Below are positions 22,936-32,007 of a DNA stretch of 32,007 nt, piece by piece; position 1 is the first letter of the stretch, and the number at the start of each line of letters is the position of its first letter. Source of the DNA: Phoronis australis (lineage: Eukaryota; Animalia; Phoronida); the NCBI GenBank assembly GCA_002633005.1, contig NMRA01000238.1, positions 585,185 to 617,191 of the forward strand, in the 5' to 3' direction. The notes under the pieces were generated by a model. That model was not told the DNA's origin. It searched no databases and saw only the letters and a list, made by a program, of their open reading frames with translations. Made by a program: the position numbers and the translations under genes.

Positions 22936-23931
22936 ATGTCTGATACCACCATAAAGTTGAGCTCTGGTTTTGACATGCCCCTGGTGGGAATTGGGACTGC
23001 CAATTCACCAAAAGGAGCTGTTGCTAAGGCCATTGAGACAGCACTGAGAGTTGGATATCGACACATAGATGGAGCTTACCTCTACAACAATGAAGATGAA
23101 GTTGGTAAAGGACTGAAATCTGCCATTGACAAGGGATATGTTACGCGAAATGACGTCTTCATTACCAGTAAACTGTGGATCACGTGCTATCATAAAGACT
23201 TGGTCAGAAAGTGCTTAGCCACGAGCTTGAAGAATCTAGGTGTTGATTACATTGATCTATACCTTCTTCACTGGCCCTTCACCCTGCGACAGGGTTTCTC
23301 CGACACCATTGTGGACTCAGTTCACGGTGGCATATCGGTGTCTTTCCTTCCCGAGGATGACAAAGGAGACATCCAGTTTGAGGATGTCAGCTACATGGAA
23401 GCCTGGAGAGTCCTTGAGGATTGCGTCAGAGAAGGGCTTATTCGTTCGATTGGGCTGTCAAATTTTAATAGCACCCAGGTTCAGGATGTGTTGGATAAGG
23501 CGGAGATAAAACCGGTCATGAATCAGATTGAGTGCCACCCATATCTTAGTCAGGAGAAGCTGGTGAACTTTTGCAAAAACCGGAATGTTGCTGTCACAGC
23601 ATTCTGTCCACTAGGAGGTCCTGAAGGCAACACAGGTCCATTCAACAAGCCTATTCCACGGCTACATGAAGACCCAGACATCCTTGAATTAGCTAGGAAG
23701 TATGGAAAAACTGCCGCTCAGATTGCGCTGCGATTCAACGTGCAACGAAACATTGTGGTTGTACCAAGAAGCTGCAATGAAGTTCGTCTACAGCAGAATT
23801 TGGATGTTTTTGACTTCAAATTATCAGAAGATGACATGAAAGCAATTTTTGCTAAGAACAGCAACAAGCGCACATGTCCTGCACATACATTCAAGACTGC
23901 CCCTCAATACCCATTTAATATTCCCTTCTAG
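22936..23931 (+). CDS. Aldo-keto reductase, AKR1-like (aldose/aldehyde reductase family), 331 aa, single coding exon
   Basis: AAC-ATG start at 22936. MPLVGIGT, catalytic tetrad D (YRHIDGA), Y (LYNNE), K (FITSKLW) and H (YLLHWP), then SIGLSNFN, NQIECHPY, PLG, VVPRS and C-terminal YPF. Intact to TAG. The TTTAG just upstream (22916-22920) is a plausible 5'-UTR acceptor. Confidence 0.95.
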   Translation: MSDTTIKLSSGFDMPLVGIGTANSPKGAVAKAIETALRVGYRHIDGAYLYNNEDEVGKGLKSAIDKGYVTRNDVFITSKLWITCYHKDLVRKCLATSLKNLGVDYIDLYLLHWPFTLRQGFSDTIVDSVHGGISVSFLPEDDKGDIQFEDVSYMEAWRVLEDCVREGLIRSIGLSNFNSTQVQDVLDKAEIKPVMNQIECHPYLSQEKLVNFCKNRNVAVTAFCPLGGPEGNTGPFNKPIPRLHEDPDILELARKYGKTAAQIALRFNVQRNIVVVPRSCNEVRLQQNLDVFDFKLSEDDMKAIFAKNSNKRTCPAHTFKTAPQYPFNIPF

Positions 23932-24915
23932 TGTCAAAAGATTAACAATATGAAGTCGCTCCAAACTTTCACATGTATTAGCCAAATTGGCTAAAATTTC
24001 TGAAATCTTTAAAACGCTATGGGTCAAAGACGTTTGATGAAATCATAGACACGGATTGGCAGCTCTTGATATTTTCCTACAAATTCTCAGGAGGCACCAC
24101 TTTCTGGTTTGTGAGCAGACAAGGTACTCACTGGAAGTATGGGTCTCGTCAAGCATCGCTAGTGAATGTTGTCGTAGTGGCTAATAATGTTAGTCCGAGC
24201 TAGTGTGTAATATCACAGATTTGGTGCATTTAGGATATAGTGTTTAGTAGTCTATGATAAATTACACTGTTCCAGTGATCCAACAGTTATTTGTTGCATA
24301 GATGGTTTTAAAAGATGAAGCAGTAAATTTGCAACTTTTCTCTGCATGGCAAGTACAAGTTGTTTAAGTTCATTAAACACTAAACCTAACTAGAGAGGGT
24401 CTCGCATGTTGCAACCTTGAGTATTGAATGAAATGTGTCATATTTAAAGTAATAGTGGCATGCTGGAAGCGTTTTTTTTTTTAGCAATATGCAGATGGGT
24501 CTACCTTAGGTCATTTAATCAACTACAACAACATGGTGTCTTTGATCATTCCTGGCACATTTCATGGTAGGCAAACCCGTGGAGTTGTCCAATATCGATC
24601 AGTGGGAATGTCAACATAGGAAATTTTTCATTGTCAAGCCACGGGGGGCTGGGGAGTTGTCATACGCAGCTAGATAGCTGGTTAGATTTTTCCCAGTCAG
24701 AAATCAGTGCTACGCAAAGCCACATGTGTTGGCTTTCTTGACATTTGTCAAGCAACAATAATTTCAAAGGATTTTAGTATGTTCTACCTACACAGCTGTT
24801 ACCATGGAACTCTAGGAATGGAAAGCCAATCTCGATCCTGCATAGCTAAGGTTGCGCCACACCTGCGTGGGTAGTTGCTTGCATTCGTGTGATCCGATGC
24901 TGATCCTTAGGGTGG

Positions 24916-24995
24916 AATTTATTTATTTATTTATTATTGTGATATTTAAAATGAGGGTGGCCTCTTCAGTGATAGCACTGCTTTCCAAGAGGGAA
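24916..24995 (-). mobile_element. 3' end of an L2/CR1-type LINE or partner SINE
   Basis: The minus strand reads CCCTCTTGGAAAGCAGTG-CTAT-CACTGAAGAGGCCACCCTC followed by a (TAAA)n tail. Confidence 0.4.
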
Positions 24996-25694
24996 TACCG
25001 GGCTTAGGTGGGAATTTTTGTTTAGTACAAACAAATCAAGTTTAGAGCTGTTATCACCAACAAATTTGATCTATAACAGTTTTTTGAATATGTGGCAGTC
25101 TAAAAAATGTCTAACAGAGGATAATCTGCCTGCGATTAAGGAAGCCGGCTGTGGGAATACTGCCGCTGCCAAGCTGATAAGTGTAAAGGAAAGCCATCTA
25201 GATGTATTACAATAATTTCGAAAGTTAACAATTTCCTTAAAATGTATCGACATGACCAAACACCACTTTGAGCTCTAAAACAGTATCAAAGTCATTTACG
25301 TTGGACCAATAACAGAAATACTAGCCCAATGCTAAAAGTGTCACTTGCTTTACTGTCATTAAAACTTTATAATGATTACATTTTGAAACTAAGATTGTAG
25401 AAGAGCCATATCATTAGAAAGCCCTTGATGAGTTCTAGACGTTGCTTATTATACCACAGAAAAACGCAAACTAAATAATGATGTACTTTATGTACTAGTT
25501 GGCTCATTAATTAGTTAAATAGTATTTGCTAATTAAGACAAGTAGGTCACAATGTTCACAAATAAAACAAGATATTAGCCCACGAATTAACTTGCAAATT
25601 CAATCAAAAAATTCAGGTTGCAACGACATTTACAAGTGACATTTGCAGATAAGGACTTCCGTTAGATAAAAATGGACAGTCACCAATGTAATTA

Positions 25695-26954
25695 ACGTAA
25701 ACGTTCGGGTTAACGCCCTGGGCGGTTAAATTGGCAAACCCAAAAGTTCGGGGGTTGGGTGGTTAACCAGACATGGGCGCTTAAACGTGAAATTTCAAGA
25801 AATCAGGGGTGGGGAGTTAACCGAGCATTGGCGCTTATTACGATAGACAACCGCCCAGGGCCATTAATCTTACCTCATGATCCCAGTTCCCACACGTAGT
25901 TGGAACGCGTAGCACTTTTCCGAGCCAAATGATGGTAAAAATGTCATAACAGTGGATGCTTGACTGCAGGTTTAAGCTGACCGGGTGCTTATTTGACACT
26001 GAACTTGGGCCTCCTGCTCTTTAAAAAAAACAACGTACCCTAAAACTGCGACGCGAAGTCTCAGTTCGGATAATTCGCGGCTCGATGGTCCCTAGGCCCC
26101 AGGGGTCACCCCCTCCCTCTGCTGCCAATTGACCTATCGCAAGCTCCACCCCCTTGTGTAATGTCGACTAACAAACAAGTTTTACCCGGCAATGTGTTGT
26201 CTGTCGGGTAAAACGACGGCTTGGAAATGAAGGTGCGTCAATAATGCTGCGTTCTAAATGGTCAGTTAAGCCATCACTCAAAATCCTGGCGATAGGTCAA
26301 TTTTCAGTCAGTGTACGTCGTAGATATTTCAGGTTCCGGCTGAAACTAGCCAGTGAAGAAACAAAATTATTCGGGAGGGCTTAAAAGGCAGGTAGAAACA
26401 ATATTCACAAAGTTAAGGGAATTCTTCAAAATCCGAGAGCGAATTAGGAGTGTTGGCAAGACCAGTGTCACGTTTCTCTGGCTTTATTTTTTCGAATATA
26501 TGTTTTATCCAGAGCACTGCAGACGGAAACTTAGCTCGCAGACGGCACCGCTGAAATTGTAGGTATTGAAGCCGGCGGAGTTCTTAGTTTTGCGAACATG
26601 GGAAGAAAATAAAGTGACAAAGCGTTCAAGGTATTACATTTTGAAGCAAATCCATGACCCGGGACAATAATTTGTTACTTGTATTATAATTCACATTGCC
26701 AAACCACCGTCTTCAACGCTGTCATTGCATTCTTTATCATCGTCGATTTTTATCTAAAAATGGGTAATTGCGCATAATCATCAATCTTCAAAAATCGGGG
26801 ATGGGCGCTTAACTGAGAGGTGGGCGCTTAACTGGAAATCTTCAAAAATCGCAGGGGGGCGGTTAACCGAGCAGTGGGCTGTTAAATCGAAAATCCACCT
26901 AAAGTAGGGGATGGGTGGTTAAGTGAACATGGGCGTTAACCTGAACGTTTACGG
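25695..26954. mobile_element. Non-autonomous Tc2/pogo-like element, short copy of the 14256-16681 family
   Basis: TA|ACGTAAACGTTCGGGTTAACGCCC ... GGGCGTTAACCTGAACGTTTACGG|TA. The first 200 bp or so and the last 550 bp or so are collinear with the long copy. Confidence 0.9.
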
Positions 26955-28037
26955 TAATTTGGAAATGCCTAGTAAGCATCACAAGAATAGCTAAGTACAA
27001 TAAATTAAATTACAGCTCAGGAAATGAATTAGCATAATATGTAGGCAACAGGTAGACATTGAGCAACTGAATTATTATAGAAACAATACAAAACAGTAAT
27101 AATACATACATGCACGCACACACATATACAGGAGCAGTTTTTTGTGAAGTTACATGAACACATTTGTAAGTATTTTTTCTTATTTATAATTGCAGCTTAA
27201 ACACACAAAAACCAAATGTCACTTCTTTCCGTAAAATACTATAACATGATTTTAAGGATATCTCAAACTTTATTCACAAAAATTAACCCTTTTTACAATA
27301 TTTCAGTGTCTAGCAAAATACCTTATCTTCATTCTCAAATACAGAATATATACCGCGTAGCGAGAAAAAAAAGATTTAGCCGAATCACCTTGGAATTGCA
27401 AAACTGTTTGGATATTTGTTTACAACTTATCCGAGGTCAAAGGTTACACGGCTGTCACTCAAATTGAACCTCCCGACAGGTACAGAGCAGCTTCGTATAA
27501 CCTCAGTCCTTTCATGCACCAAGTCCCATAATATTGAGTCAACCAGGTGTACTTATGATAGAATGGTGCTGAGGAAAACAAAAACAAAACGTAGTTTTGT
27601 TCCTGAGGGAGTTGTGGATCTATATGGATACGACCATTGAGAACGAATGCTACAAGTTGCCTCACGCCTCTGTGGTCATGAACATAGCAAGTTGTCAAAA
27701 GAGATAAATCCTACTCCAAATTCCTGAATTCAATTAATAAATTGACATTTCAATGTTTCGAACTCATGCTAATGACATGCTTAAACCACCGATTCGATTT
27801 TTGTTGTCCATTTCTTAATTGGTTTCGTATCAGTCTCCCGGCACTAGACGTGAACAGGCTTACATGTATAACCATGAACTGAGACCAACTTAAAAGTAGG
27901 TCACAAACAACAGTAACAGTTGATCCCAATCCGTTGCTGGGAACGGTACGTTTTAATAAGTAAGTAAATTACACACTCTGCAAATTCAGTTAACACTGCG
28001 AGTGAATGTTGAAGTAGCTAACATATTTAAGGCTTGT

Positions 28038-28602
28038 AAAGGTAATGTTTACCGAAAACAAGTTTTCACCAAATAATCAACTGAAGACTGAAATTTTCAC
28101 TCATCCCAGTTTCATCGCCTTTTTCTCAGCTTTGGCAAATCGGCTGTATTTGAACTTAGAAACATGAGTTCTCAAAAACAGCTAGGTGGATTTCGCCGAA
28201 ACTTTCCAAACTTTTATTTTAGTATTAAAATATTTAGTCATCAATCTCAAAAACGCTGTTGAGAATTTTCTAAATAAAGTCACAGTTATTGCGTAATGTA
28301 ACAATGACAAATACGACATCTATTCTTTACAAAAACACCTTATGTTTTGTCAGTTGATTTGTCATAGAAACCAAACGAAAAGACTAATCAAAATTCCTAA
28401 CAGCATTTTTGAGGTAACTGGTGAACTTTTCATTTAAAAAAGGTATCATTAAAATCAACCGACAGGTTATTTTGCTATGAATCTACCTTTTTTAAAAATA
28501 AAAATTTAACTTAAAAAGGCATTTACGTAATAATAATAATGGTACATAAATACAAAAAAAATATATATGTCCTGATTTTTTCTTTCAGAAAATATATACT
28601 TT
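28038..28602. mobile_element. Old AT-rich MITE with internal inverted repeats
   Basis: Inverted pair CTCAAAAACGCTGTTGAGAATTTT and AAAATTCCTAACAGCATTTTTGAG. The ends TAAAGGTAATGTTTACCGAAA and TTTCAGAAAATATATACTTTTA match weakly. Confidence 0.35.
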
Positions 28603-28634
28603 TACCAGTTGACAAAGCTTAGTTTTTTGATACG

Positions 28635-28704
28635 AGTTAGAATGGAGGTCACTAAATAAGGTTTGAGAAAAAAGTTAGAATGGAGGCCACTAAATAAGGT
28701 TTGA
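28635..28704. repeat. 38-bp-period tandem duplication next to the LTR end
   Basis: AGTTAGAATGGAGG(T/C)CACTAAATAAGGTTTGA occurs twice. Confidence 0.85.
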
Positions 28705-28714
28705 CATATTGTGG

Positions 28715-29590
28715 TGTAATGAATCGTGTTGTGGCCGACAGATGGCGCACACGTGGTAGTAATTAAAACAACACACGAATACCTCAACCAATAAAATACG
28801 TCTATTAATTTGCAGCGTTGTGATTAACAAACAATAGTTTACAATGAGATGCGAGACTGACGACAAACTGAACGAGAAGAGATATCACTGCTAGAGAAAG
28901 TACTAGATAACAATGTCACCAGTTACCAATAGCAACCGCACATGCAAGCGCACTACAAGTCGCAAAAGAACTAACCCTCTAGAACAATCGCTAGACTGGT
29001 TTGAATTGACTAACAGGCTGAGACCAACACCTGTGTTAAATGTCTATACCTCAGTAGTGCTTGACTCGTGGATTTTCCGTCCGGTCCTGTGTTCCTGTCG
29101 TTCACTGTCTGGCTGAGATCGTGACTTTGCAGTTTTTGAAGTCTCCAGTCGTCTTGTTCGGTGCGGTCTGCTCGGTCTGCCTCTGTTAGTGCCTTAAGTA
29201 GCCCCTTTGGAGCCATCACGTGATGGTCCCACCTTTTTCAGTACATTTCCCTTATGACCAGCTAATCAACTGTCCTATCGAAAATTCTTGCATAACTGCC
29301 ACCTCTCTCAAATTTGCTACACCAGGGGTGTGCCTAATTTCCGGGGGATCGCTATTTAACTGTCACTCTAGTGACGTAGAATCTCAGTTGGTGTTTAACT
29401 ATCTTAAAGAAAATTCTTGCATAACCGTGGGCGTGCCCATCCTCCGAGGAATCCCAACTATCACAGAGGTATGCATATCCCCTGGGAATCCTCCGAGGAA
29501 TCTCAACTATCACAGAAGTATGCATATCCCCTGGGAATAATTTAAGACATGCTTGCATGCACGTGGGAAACAGTGCCTCATTATATTACA
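28715..29590 (-). mobile_element. 3' LTR (about 876 bp) of an env-bearing LTR retroelement
   Basis: Terminal inverted hexamers TGTAAT (28715) and ATTACA (29585-29590), directly adjacent to the PPT. Internal repeats in U3. The 28715 boundary cannot be confirmed without the 5' LTR. Confidence 0.75.
29440..29538. repeat. 49-bp tandem duplication in the LTR U3 region
   Basis: TCCTCCGAGGAATC(C/T)CAACTATCACAGA(G/A)GTATGCATATCCCCTGGGAA occurs twice. Confidence 0.9.
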
Positions 29591-29602
29591 CTCCCCCCCT
29601 TT
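29591..29602 (-). promoter_or_regulatory. Polypurine tract (plus-strand primer)
   Basis: The minus strand reads AAAGGGGGGGAG immediately followed by TGTAAT. Confidence 0.85.
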
Positions 29603-30065
29603 GTTAAGCCAAAACATTTACACTATAAATTTTTGGGAAGTCGTAGATCTTTCGACAATGGAAAGTTTCACCCAGGTGATCGCCATACAACTGCAATGGA
29701 TATACAAACAAAAAAAAATTAAAATTATAAAACACGAAAAGTCGTCAGCCTCCAGATGATCGTTAAACAGGTTAACAAACAGCATCTCACAACGAAATAT
29801 CAACCACAATAAACTATTATCCCAACAATGAATATAATGTAACGCTCACATACAGTGTGTTTCTATTACTAAGCGAACTTTATACCAATCCCTTATTACA
29901 TAAACAAATATACTTTATATTTATCAAAATTATAATTAAGTCATAGTTCCCTTTAAACCAAGTCTACCAAAATATCTCATTTCATAACTAAATAACAACC
30001 ATGATGGTGCCACCCAAACTAAACTAACTAGAAATATAGTACGTTACACCTACATATGTAATCAT

Positions 30066-30458
30066 TCATAACCGTAGCGGATGAGTCTGCGGCGTTTGAA
30101 AAAAATCGGACGCCAGCAGACTCTCCGGTACGTCTGCTACCACCACAGGCATATGCCTGGTTCTTCCCCGTATCTCCACCTCCAGCGAAAAAATGTCGAC
30201 CACTTCCGCCACACATTCCCTCCGGTCATATCGGACCTGGGCGTATTGGGTGTCGATTTCTTTCACGCCACCCCACGACTGTCTGTCGCACGAGAGTCCT
30301 TGTGGAGTCCGGTTACCCCCGTGCTGCACGCTTGCGAAATCTGCAAGCGACAATACGGTGGCGTCTGCCGTGGGATCGACGCGGAAGACGATCCACTGTC
30401 CTTCCACTGAGGCGTCCAATCGGACAGCGGGTAGCGTTTTATAGGTTGGTTCGGCCAT
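30066..30458 (-). CDS. Accessory ORF after env: retropepsin-fold protein with altered catalytic motifs (130 aa)
   Basis: AAAAA-ATG-G start (another in-frame ATG at 30479). ASVEGQWIVFRVDPTADATVLS parallels xxINGxxxxFLVDTGADxTVIS. LEVEIRGRTRHMPVVVADVPESLLASDFF parallels the retropepsin C-terminal VVxxxxxxLLGxDFL. Confidence 0.6.
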   Translation of the reverse strand: MAEPTYKTLPAVRLDASVEGQWIVFRVDPTADATVLSLADFASVQHGGNRTPQGLSCDRQSWGGVKEIDTQYAQVRYDRRECVAEVVDIFSLEVEIRGRTRHMPVVVADVPESLLASDFFQTPQTHPLRL

Positions 30459-30602
30459 TTTTTCCTGCAATAGTTTCATAAGTTCCTTTAGATATCGTAA
30501 CAATTGTCAATGTTAATAACCACCTCCTTTCTGACGACTATCTAGCGTACTCTACGTGTAAGGTTCAGAAGTACTACTACGGTATCTACCGACAGCTCGG
30601 AG

Positions 30603-32007
30603 TCACATGGAGGTTTCCTTCAGGTCCTCTCCAGTTCCCGGATCCAAGGTAGGGTACATACGTCGGACAAACTGCTTCATCTCGATTGGTTTGCCATTCC
30701 ACTGAGTCGATACGGTCTGGTGGTCGTCAGCACTGGGTTTCTCCCCAGCCGGTGACGTCTGTCGGGCATCGTTCGGTGCGCTCATGAGTGCGAACGCTGG
30801 CGGTGCAGTGGCAACTGGACGACTACCATCGGTTACTACAGGCTGATACTGTTCAAGTATGGCACGTGCAATTTGTCTACGTTTCAAGAAAACAATCAAC
30901 CCCAAAATTAATAGCGATGCTGCTATTCCTAGAGCGACATATAACCTAAATTCATTATCGGGGGTCCAAGGTTTTGGAGTTTCCAGGTTTCGTAAATCAG
31001 TGACTAAACCATCCAGGGGAATTTCGGGTAAGTGAGCGAGGCGTGACGGTATTTTTACTTCCACATGTTTAGGAAAGGCTGTAATATAAGGAGACCACAT
31101 TGTGAAAGATCCTTTCCGAATTCTCAAAACTCGAGCGAAGCTATCAGGATGCTCGTATCTAGATTCCCTGTGAAAAGTCCCTAGGAGGGTCATGGTTGGG
31201 TGTGTGGCCTGGCATCCGTAATCGACGTGTATCATATTTACCCCAACGTCCACCGTAACTGATTTAGTGTTAGTGCGACTGTGGTTGCACAGGAGGGCAA
31301 ATCTTGTAATCTCGTTACTAACTANTTCCAAATTCTCAAAACTCGAGCGAAGCTATCAGGACGCTCGTATCTAGATTCCCTGTGAACAGTTCCCAGGAGG
31401 GTCATAGTTGGGTGTGTGGCCTGGCATCCGTAATCGACGTGTATCATATTTACCCCAAAGTCCACCGTAACTGATTTAGTGTTAGTGCGACTGTGGTTGC
31501 ACAGGAGGGCAAATCTTGTAATCTCGTTACTAACTACAGCGTACCAGCCAGATCTCAGATATATGGCCTGTGGTAAGGCTGTATTTGTTTTAATAAAAAC
31601 ACGACAGAGCCTTTTGATAGCATTGTCAAACTTCATGAACAGAGCCACCACACAATCTTTGCTCAGATTAACAGGCCGTAACGGTTGTCGGGTTTCACAA
31701 AAACTAAGCGACGAGCACGCCTTCATGCTGGCATAATCTAGTAAGGCATAGGACGTTCGTTCTGGGTTTATGGCTAACGCCGTGGCCTCAAATGAATACT
31801 TTGCCAAAATGTGAGGGCGGTTGGAATTAGGGAAGGGAGCCGGTAAATTATGAATTTGAAATAATTCCATACGTGCGTAAGTGTCAATTAATGAAATCCG
31901 AAACGTGACCAAGATTCGTCCATTTTCCCACGCAGTATGACACGGGAGAGACTTATAATATTGGAACAACTCCGTGTCAGGATCAAAAGGTAATTTTAAA
32001 TGGCGTG
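30603..32007 (-). CDS. env: Envelope fusion glycoprotein (baculovirus F/errantivirus-env-like), C-terminal part; 5'-partial and interrupted by an overlap artefact at N31325
   Basis: Open from the window edge (RHLKLPFDPDTELFQYYK). ELFQIHNLPAP and the Cys pattern MKAC..SFC...P......DCVVALF......IKRLC. N-glycosylation sequons NLS and NHS. Transmembrane LYVALGIAASLLILGLIVFL followed by KRR, then a tail of about 95 aa. Confidence 0.8.

Noticed and set aside
2185-23931. Functional metabolic pairing of PDHX and the AKR
   Set aside because: Nesting alone gives no evidence of co-function, and large introns commonly receive retrocopies.
24480-24910. Possible tRNA-derived SINE or RNA gene
   Set aside because: No convincing A/B boxes or cloverleaf could be read.
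30081-30444. Plus-strand ORFs of 109 and 83 aa
   Set aside because: Antisense to the better-supported protease-like ORF in GC-rich sequence, with no motifs.
30603-31969. Two separate env genes or a programmed frameshift
   Set aside because: The break coincides with a single N and a 211-bp overlap, which points to an assembly join.

Overview
AT-rich, repeat-dense eukaryotic (animal, probably marine invertebrate) genomic DNA, not prokaryotic. The minus strand carries the last four coding exons of a pyruvate dehydrogenase complex component X gene (PDHX/E3BP; 10047-9986, 4770-4612, 3081-3017, 2464-2185). No further PDHX exon was found upstream, so the rest of the window is probably one intron of more than 21 kb, with the caveat of an 857-N gap. 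That stretch holds an intact aldo-keto reductase gene with no coding introns on the opposite strand (22936-23931) and many nested transposons: HINE-in-HINE, a Penelope remnant split by a Tc2/pogo-like element, a Kolobok-like element with a THAP remnant and a nested TIR element, and LINE fragments. The window ends in the 3' part of an envelope-bearing LTR retroelement (F-type env, PPT, 876-bp LTR). The most unusual observation is an extra 130-aa ORF between env and the PPT. It looks like a second retropepsin-fold protein in which both catalytic motifs are altered (DTG to DPT, LLGxD to LLASD), a candidate accessory pseudo-protease. All family assignments come from motif recognition by eye; no database searches were run.
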